Below, piece after piece: positions 55,496-64,000 of a stretch of DNA of 64,000 nt. The stretch spans positions 12,262-76,261 of the forward strand of contig JAAPAO010000105.1 of the NCBI GenBank assembly GCA_013115145.1, read 5' to 3'. Source of the stretch: Perkinsus chesapeaki ATCC PRA-425. Taxonomy: Eukaryota; Protista; Perkinsozoa. Below the pieces are notes generated by a model. That model had not been told where the DNA came from and ran no database searches. It saw only the letters and a list, made by a program, of their open reading frames with translations. Position 1 is the first letter of the stretch, and each line of letters starts with the position of its first letter. Both the position numbers and the translations under genes were made by a program.

Positions 55496-56964
55496 GTAGG
55501 CTCGTTAACTGTTGGCCGGAGTAAAATGAGCGGCTGCTGTTTGAGGCAAACAATCCGCAGGTTCGGATGGTCCAGGGAGTTCTAGTAAAAACCAGCGATC
55601 AGCTTAAAGGGTCATTCGTGGAGTTCAAGCTCCGCTGCAGAACCTAGCACTTTCAAGTATGGCATTGAGGCCAAGCATGCCCCTGTCGCGGTATATGGAA
55701 TTATCAATTTTGCATGATGACTCCCTCCAGAAATGAAGAACACTTACAGACCAAGTCCAAACCCATGGGAATTGACTATCTGCACGAGCACTCGCACGAA
55801 TGTGGTTCCATGACCTGGGCGAGCGCTCGTCATATTCTGAGCCATATGGGGTTTCCACGTGGTGTGATGCGTACAAAGTGATTCGGGGTGGCCTGATGCC
55901 TTGATCTCCACGATATCTTTGACTGCCGGCAGAATAGTAAGAAGGTACACTGAGTTTACTAAACTCAACAGAAAGAGTGAGTATAGTCCTCTTGACTCAA
56001 GAGTCTTGAGCACAAGGGTTTTGAAGAAAGTTTTTGAATGACGTGTGTTGATCAGTCAAGTCAGAGCCGCTCATCAATAACATCAAATTGCCTTGAACTG
56101 TTCAGGAGACTCGACCGTTCCTATTAAATACTTTGTCGTGCCCAACATGAAAGTGCTTGTTTTTGTAGCGTATGGTAACCATACTAAAGCTGGCTTGCGT
56201 TGACACTTATTAGTGTTTCTCTTTCCTCGCAGTTTTATGTTATCCGAGAATTCCAATTTACATCACAGCCACCTACTGGTTGAACTCCCGGGTACACCAT
56301 GAGCCACAGTACAAGCGGCGAATAACAGCCGCTTGCTAGTGTCCAAAGCATGGAACTTCCAGTGGCCGGGACAAGACATGCCGATACTTTGTTGTACCAT
56401 GCGACACGGCAGTAACATTGTGATCAGAACCGCATCAATCACTACGAGCAGGCAATTAGAGATCTCGGGTTCGCCGGTGGTGTTGACAACATGGGTGTCT
56501 TCCCCGACACAGGATGAAAAGATGTTGCAGGAAACTAGCATGAACGCTCAGCGAGAATCACTTTTCCATTTCACTGTGTGCCACGTGTGGTGGAGACTCT
56601 CACAGCTACGGAGGATGAAGTAGGGTGAGGGTAGAGTTCTGCTGACAGAGTCTGTGGCATATGTTCTAGGACTTGCGTGCAATTCACAAAACACAACATG
56701 ATTTCCAACAAAGAAAACGACCCAAGAGCAACAGGTTCTGCTCATAAAAAGTATCTAAACGGATGCGGAAGAGACAGTTTTAACAAGATTGGGGACGTAT
56801 AGCTCAATATGGTCCAACCTGAGAGATCTACTTCTTGAAAATGTCACGATGGACATTTCCGAGGTAACTATTAGATTGTAAAGATATCTTGACATATCGT
56901 TTATATGAGAGAAGCATATCGATAACAACAAAGTGGAGTGGACTGCTACAATATGCCGCAAGAG

Positions 56965-58555
56965 TCATTTAGCACACGGTGACGTCTTTATGGTATCCGC
57001 ATAGATTGGATACTGATGGTATTCAGCAAGTAGGCCGCAAGTACCTGATATTGTAGCGGTCATTATATCAGGCGACTCGGCGACTGTCATTCCTCCAGTT
57101 GTATAATCCTACCCCGAGGAATCGAAGTGCCAGTTCTTTCCAGTAATGCGAAACCTTTCATTCCCCAAGACTTCCCCCAGCTGTTCATTATCTTCCAATA
57201 CCTGCAAAATACTGGTGATCACATCAATCATTGTCACTCAGCTAACTTACGGTATTCCATCTGAGGAAGTACCATAACCAACAATAACCACTGTATGATC
57301 AGGTCGTTGGTCACCACAAGCCGCGGCTAAGAAGGGTAGTCAGTTAGCGTCGGACAACTCCCGCTCTGATTACGGGGATACTCTTCCCGGCCAGCAGTTT
57401 CGACAGTCCTCACTGCCTCCGATACGGCAGTAAATTGAGAAAAATGACTAGTAATTATCTTACCTTTGATGATACCGGACTTGTATTTCTGGAGTGCCTT
57501 GGAGCTGCCATACAGGCTGGCAGTCACTGGTCCACTGGCGAGGGCCTTCATCATCTTCGCCTCACTCAACTGGGTTACAGTGAAAACCCTATCGATGTCT
57601 TTTTTCTAAGATACGGAGCAGCAGAGCTCAGCCGACGACGGGTGATTACGATCAACGTACCCTGAGACATTGCTTCGCTGGGTCTGTTGTTATCGACGTC
57701 TTGCAAGTGCCTTCTTTGGCTTTGTAAGGGTAGCTTGATTCCCTGACCATGCCCTCGTATTGAGCGTACATATATGAGAAAGCCGGTTCACCACTGGTGC
57801 AGCCACTGAGCGTAGATCATCAGTTAAAGTGTTATCGATCAGCACTTACTCGTTCCTATACGATTTGCTGCAGTCAACAATTTGTTGAACTGAAAATGGC
57901 ACCACCTTTGATATTCCAGTCTGAATTTTGAAACGACTCTCCATTACGGCTGAACGGGAAAAAGCAAATGCACGGGCGTTGGATCATCCATCTTACCAGC
58001 AGATCCTATGGCATAACAGCTTCCGCAGTTATTCAAAAAAGTTGCCTGGTTCCGAACGGGGCCGAGGGCGCCCGCCTTGTCCCAGTCGATCGATGAAGCT
58101 GAATCTCCCGAATTGTCACCGTCCTCGAGGTCTAAAAGCGACGCTTAGTCAGTGGCTTGCTGTGAGGAATCAGCACAGGTTGTGTTGTCAGATCCAGATT
58201 GTCTGCTGTCACATTTCATAACCTCGTTGAAAACATCTTGGGGCATGTCGGAGAACTCATTTATATCGACTTCATGTTCAATGTCACCTACGAAAAATCT
58301 CAAGTGTGTTATCCACTTACGCGACTCACTCCTTGACCTCAGCTGCATAACCTCCCTCATACTTTCTGCAAAGGCCTCCTTGGCAATGTCGTACTCTTTT
58401 GGGGACTTATACACCTTCTCATACCTTCCAGAGGACCGGTGTCTCTTCGTCATTCCTTGCCCGGCTTACTTCACAATAAACTCCTTGAAGCTTGATTCAA
58501 TATCTGGAATAGCCGCCAGAGCAGTGTATGAGATACACACAAGCACTAATCTCAT
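56965..58555 (-). CDS. Papain-family (C1A) cysteine protease, paralog B
   Basis: MRLVLVCISYTALA, KYEKVYKSPKEY, SIDW...VRNQATFLNNCGSCYA, SVQQIVDC, DHTVVIVGYG, MNSWG; same intron positions as paralog A. Confidence 0.88.
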
Positions 58556-61500
58556 CGGTGAACTATCCAATGGAGTAAAACGCTTTTTGGGTAATCGGGA
58601 GTATAATTTACAACAATTCCTATAATTTTCATCGCTTTCCTCCAGGCATAACCTGCGCGTGGCGCTTGTTCTCAGTGTGGCGCGAAAGGCGTAGCCCCCA
58701 GTGGGGCCCCCACCCCTACACAAAACGTCTCTGGGAACAGTTTGCTATAAAAGATGCTTAATGTACACTCCACTTATGTGCTCAGACACGAGTCCACGAA
58801 AGTTGAGGCTCGTAAAGCCTGAGATAGGACTTAGAAATTGGAATTGTCCCAATAAAAGTTGCGCCTGGCACAATGAGCAACACATAAATCATAATGAACG
58901 TTTGAGGTGCTTTGCTTTTTGTGGTGCATGTGCTGTGCTTGGCCGTTCTGCTAATCATGGGCTATGATTCTATCGTTTTCTTAAAAGATCAAGCCTATGG
59001 AGCCTCGTGTAGCCACGACGATTCCCATCCCCTACTTCTTCGTATACACGTGCAGATTGTTCCGCATGTTGCACGCTGCGCGGGGTTGAATTACGTCGTA
59101 GTTGCTACGGCCAGATAGAGTCGCAGAAGTGGGAAAAGCAACCCGAGATGTATTGCGCGACATAAGACACTATCTCACTAACAGCTACTACAGGTTAATT
59201 CCTTACCACAGGGATCTGTACGTTTCCGAAACTTGATCTTTCGAAGCCAACTGTGACAATGTCTCAACAGAAGGAGTCGCACACACTGTGCGGGGTAACC
59301 GCACCTAGGTTTAGTGGATTTCCGTGAATGGCGACCTTTACGAAAAAGATAAGGATGGTTGACCGTCACTAAATGTAGCACAGCTGCGGAATGTGCATAG
59401 TGGCGAGCGAATCCTGAGGCCTTGTAGAACATACTTCTAAGATGGCAACCCTTAAAGGGTTACCCTTTGTGTGTTATTATCATTCATTGTGCGCCGCTCG
59501 CCCCATTCCACATGCGGGCACAGTGCTTTCCCTTGTGAGAGTGATTTCATTAAGGGCAACCATTGGTTTAACATAACTTTTTCTATGCTATACAGATGGC
59601 ACCGAATTAGGAACCTCAGAGAGATAAACAATAGCGCGCCATGAACAAGATAGAGTCTATCTCATGGACACCTATCCTTCCAGTTTTCCGGCATGTTTCC
59701 GCCGCTGCTGGCTTGGATCTTCACTCATTCCGCTTCGGCCGCGGCCAATTTATACTGCGGCCTATCGTCGCCATTCCCTGTATATAACAGCAGTTCCTTC
59801 CGTCTGGCATTGCAAGAGCAATATACCCTAGTTAAGAAACTGATGGAGAGCTATTATGAGAGGTCATCTCATCCGCCGTGAGTGGACTTGGTGCTACTAA
59901 CGAAACCCGATATCTAATCCTTCTTCGGTGTAGATATGAGATGTCAGACTTCGTTAGACTCCAACAGCTGAAGCGATCAGCAACAGCTATCGTAGCCATC
60001 GTATTTGATCGCATGAGAACGTCAGCTCTGGTCCAGGAGGAACTTGTGATAGACGCTTCAGGTGCGAGAGTGCGGGCCAGGTGATAGGCGAACACTCGGC
60101 TCAAAACTTGCCCAACTACGCCTCTGCAATAACAATCTACCAATGCATATTAGCTTTGTCTCAGGGGGCACTTGTTGTTAGCCGGTTAGTGTATGTGAGT
60201 TATCAGACTGAGGCCGAAAGCGTCTTAGACTATCCATTCTATGTGAAATTCAAGAGATGGTTTATGTCTATATTGTGATCGCCACTTTGAGGTTTACCGA
60301 ATAAACAGACGTATATGCTCCACATTTCTATCTAGCCCGAGCCGGTTCATTATCCTAGTATCTAGTACAGGGAACCATCGGATGTTCCCAGCGGGTAGGG
60401 AAGTATACAGGAAAATGCGCAATGCAAATTTTGCCAGAAAGTTATATTTCCAATGCCCCTAGACCGAAAGAAAGCATGAAATATATTTCTTCTGAAAACA
60501 ACCGATGTTTCTCTCCGGCCTTCTGATCTAGCAGGATCATTCGAAACCCATTTAATAGCGAATCACTGCCAGCTCAGACCTCTCCGGTGAGTTAATCCAT
60601 AACGGCTTTCCAATGGAGGAAGTCTCAAGTTTGATGAGCATGCTCGTTCATAGCACAGATTCAAGGAAGCTCTCTGAGGTACGAAAAGGTGATTTTCAGA
60701 AGCAGTTCTGAAAATGGTTACTTACCTATCCTAACCTAATACTAATTGTATAGGTTAGGTTCTCTCGCTGGTAATTGACATGGCAAGCTCCTATGCAAAC
60801 GGGAACCATTCTGAAACAGTTTCAACCTTCTTCACGAGTTGGCGTCATCAGAGAGATGGTGATGAGAGGCTCATGGAACATCTGTTCCTGCTCGACAACC
60901 CGTCGAATGAGGTCTGTAAGGAGCTCAAATAAACGTTACCAGGTCGCGTACAGCTACTGCGGGAATGGCGCATTCAAATATCTGCATACCCTAGTCAGGG
61001 AATGTCGAGCAAACCCCACTAAGTCAATATCATACCCTCTCAATAAGTGCGTTATTTGTATTGACTGGGTTGTCGTAGACAAATATTCGAAAGCTGAACG
61101 AATGAGTTGTGTATATCTTGCAGCTTCTGGTGGGTCCAAGCGAGCTTGAAAGTTCAGCGGATCTCTGTTCGCCATTCTCACGGTCAAGTTTGTCACCTCA
61201 CCTTATAAGGTGGTCGCAACACGGAAGACTTACGAAGAGTGATACTTACAGACCACCCAGTTCTTCTGCAAGTGCTAGGCAGGCACTTGTTTGGTCAAGG
61301 AGATGCACTCATTACTGGAAATTATTGGTCTTCATACTAAAGTGTCCCATGTCGGGATCACAGTAGGTTTCTCTGCCACAGGTGTCTCTGTTGGTCCAAT
61401 CACATCATTCAAATTTAGATTGGTTCTCAAGACAACAAAGATGACTGCCTGCCCAACTCCGATGATCTTAAAGTGTTCAATCCACTGCCTTGTCAGGAAT

Positions 61501-62949
61501 CCATTTCTAAGCATCTCAAGTATATTTATGATGGTTCCATCCAGCACCTCATAGCAGGGGAAGTAATGTTCGCGCTACCTGACTGATCCAGGAACGTTTT
61601 GCATAATATCATAACAATGACAACTGAGCTCGACTGTCAGCTGCACCGCGCAAGGGCGTCCGCTTGGTGCCGGACCATTTCCTGCTTCTTCATCACACGG
61701 TCGTGCGCTTGTTCAAATACTTTGATTTCAGGACTCCTTCCACGACATCCAAGCCGATATTTTGTACTTGTCTCCGACAGCTTTTAACTGTCAGGTAACC
61801 AATTCTCCCGCTTTGCGTTTCTATTGTGAATCTTGTTGAATCTTGCACTGTTCAGGACATGGAAGCCATCGTCCGTCGGGTCTCCCCGCGCATACAGTCA
61901 GCACCAAAGATTATTCTCAATACAGTTAACCCTCTCATTACTCCTCCTATCGATATCAGGCCGCAGTTCTTGTTGAAAAGTGAGATCTAGTCTTTGTTCA
62001 GTGGCAGGGAGAGTAGATTCTTGATTCAATAATCTTGACGGAAGTAGTCCGTCGCTCTTCTCTTGAAACCGTAGTAGTTGGGGCAACGAAGGGTTATTCG
62101 TTGAGCCGACCATTGAAACGACTATGCTCTTTCTCCTATTGCATAGATGCCACTGTTTTTCTGTTTTAGATCGAACCGTTTCAGCAATTCTGGATCATCA
62201 GTGTTCTTTATCGGGCCAGACCAAAGTGATGAAGATTTTAGGGTAGACCACTGGCTTTGGTCAGGCGCATCTGAGTTGGGCACGTTATATCAAATTGATC
62301 GGATCAGTCCTTATTCTCTACAGCTCTCATCATCGTCCCGCTGATATCATGAACTTAATAAGTCTAGCGCTTTTCATACGTAAAAAACTGTCAGACGAGG
62401 GTCGTTCTACAGCGGCTTTTTATCCCAACATGTATTCAGCGTGATGAACTTGTGAATGATATTTCTTAACGCACACCAATACTTGAAGTGCGTGAATCGA
62501 AGCTCAATTCATGCATCACGATTCGTAAGCAATTAGTTCTCTCCCGATCATGGCTTTCGGCTCTCTTCGACCGCGGCCTAGTTACTGACAACCAAAGTAG
62601 CTGAGGGGAAACTGCTACACGTCGGTGTTGGCAATGATCAGATACTCGTTACTGAAAGTTCGAGGTGCCCATGTGTGGTACATTAGAAATGATATCTTCG
62701 AACTATTGTTCCGTTCCCGAAGAGAATCTCAGCTAACCGATGAGGATATTCACAACGGGTGGCTTGTTGGGTGGTTCTGTAATCCCCTATCGAGGTAGTT
62801 CAGTATGCTAAGATACCAGGGTTGAGGTATCCCTAGGCATACAGATACATGTATGATGGCTATATGCATCAAGCATGCATCGACGACCTCGATTCACTGG
62901 CTACGCTCAAAACGCGTGACGACATCGCATTGCCTACTGCGGTTTTCTG

Positions 62950-64000
62950 CGAGTGGGAAATTCAGTCAGATAACCGAGAAAAGAATGCCCTTCTAGGTAT
63001 CTCGTTTCTCGTGGAGTGGTAAATGCTACTGGTTGTGACTCCAACATGACGGACAAGGCGAGCGCTGAAAAGGTCCGAAGAAAACTGCATAGATCTGATA
63101 GTAACGAACGCGGCTTCTCAGAAGAACCCAAGTCCCGCTGGAAACTTTTCGATGCTATACGGCAAGAGAGGTTGGGGGAACGATAGAGCTACCCACTCGA
63201 CAGCCGTTGAGTCTGTGCAAGAATGCGCTACGTACTGTGCATCCCTGAAAGCTTGTCAATGGTTCACATTCGACAGCACTGCTATGTACCGAGGTTGCTG
63301 ACTGTCAAGGGCTCAGAAGCTTACTTCAGGTATGGTGCCAGAATGTGCTGGGCATGGAGCAACGCGTACCCAGACGAGATCCGTGACGAAGAAGATGGTT
63401 GGATGTCCATGAATTGGACCGACTTCATTGCTCTTTCCCAATCAACCTACTCCAGTAATCACCTGATGAGTATACAGATTCCAGTGGAAGTCAGATAGCG
63501 CTTCAGAGAGTGGTGACAACTATTCCGCTCGCTTACTCCCGGCCTCTCGTATTCCAATGAGAGAGCGTATGGGTCAAAGGTAACGTACATGGCATCGGAC
63601 AGGAAGGAGCTTCTCAACTTGGTGGCTATTCAACTGCCAATCGCTTGCTCGTTCAGGTATGCTCTCATATCCTCTGGTAAAGGGCGCTGTGTCGATGCTA
63701 CTGGAGATTGTGAATGCTTCCCGCCTTTCCGAGGAATGTAGCCCCCACCCTGCCATTTGACGCTTTGGCACTTTCCCAGATATTGCTCGATGGTCGATGA
63801 TGGGCTCTCACTGGATGGCAAAAGACCTTATCGTGGGGTCCTACATTACCTTACGAGCAATCTTTCTTCTGATGTGGATGATCTGTCTCACAGTTTACCA
63901 ATTCTCTGGTTAGTCGGTCACGTGCAGTATAAACCCGTAACTTTTATACCTCAGGCAGCGTTGGAATGGCCGATATGATTACCCTGTCATTGTTTTCCAC
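62950..64000 (+). CDS. PAN/Apple plus EGF-like plus GT15 (KRE2/MNT1-like mannosyltransferase) protein, truncated by the window edge
   Basis: VESVQECATYCASLKACQWFTFD...MCWAW (PAN), SGKGRCVDATGDCECFPPFRG (EGF), YRGVLHYL...DLSHSLPILW/QRWNGRYDYPVIVFH (GT15-like N-terminal motif); 5' start unresolved. Confidence 0.55.

Noticed and set aside
55560-56960. ORFs between the two protease genes
   Set aside because: Open frames on both strands, no consistent splice model and no motif; could not be supported
58700-60300. Short ORFs upstream of protease B
   Set aside because: No recognisable domain or coherent exon chain on either strand

Overview
Compact, intron-rich eukaryotic genomic DNA with short GT-AG introns (mostly about 40-100 nt). 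The gene style suggests an alveolate, most likely Perkinsus-like; this is an inference. All gene models were spliced by hand, so exon borders are approximate. Recognisable content: three prenol/phytol/dolichol-kinase-like membrane proteins plus two remnants, a phytase-like secreted protein, a DnaJ protein, a TM+RING-H2 ligase, PCID2, an internally deleted Tc1/mariner element with 197-bp TIRs, RPT6, Rab18, a SIZ/PIAS SUMO ligase, a TIP30-like SDR, proteasome beta7, riboflavin kinase, a helical-repeat (RAP/HPR-like) protein, two papain-family proteases, and a PAN/EGF/GT15-like gene running off the right end. The most striking pattern is that introns repeatedly contain tRNA sequence of different isotypes. 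One is an intact tRNA-Pro(CGG) in RPT6. Several are decayed, tRNA-length relics, some filling almost the whole intron and lying a few bases from the 5' splice site. Other patterns: periodic A/T-tract intron segments, A-A'-A micro-triplications suggesting template switching, a gene-conversion tract, and long co-directional gene blocks.
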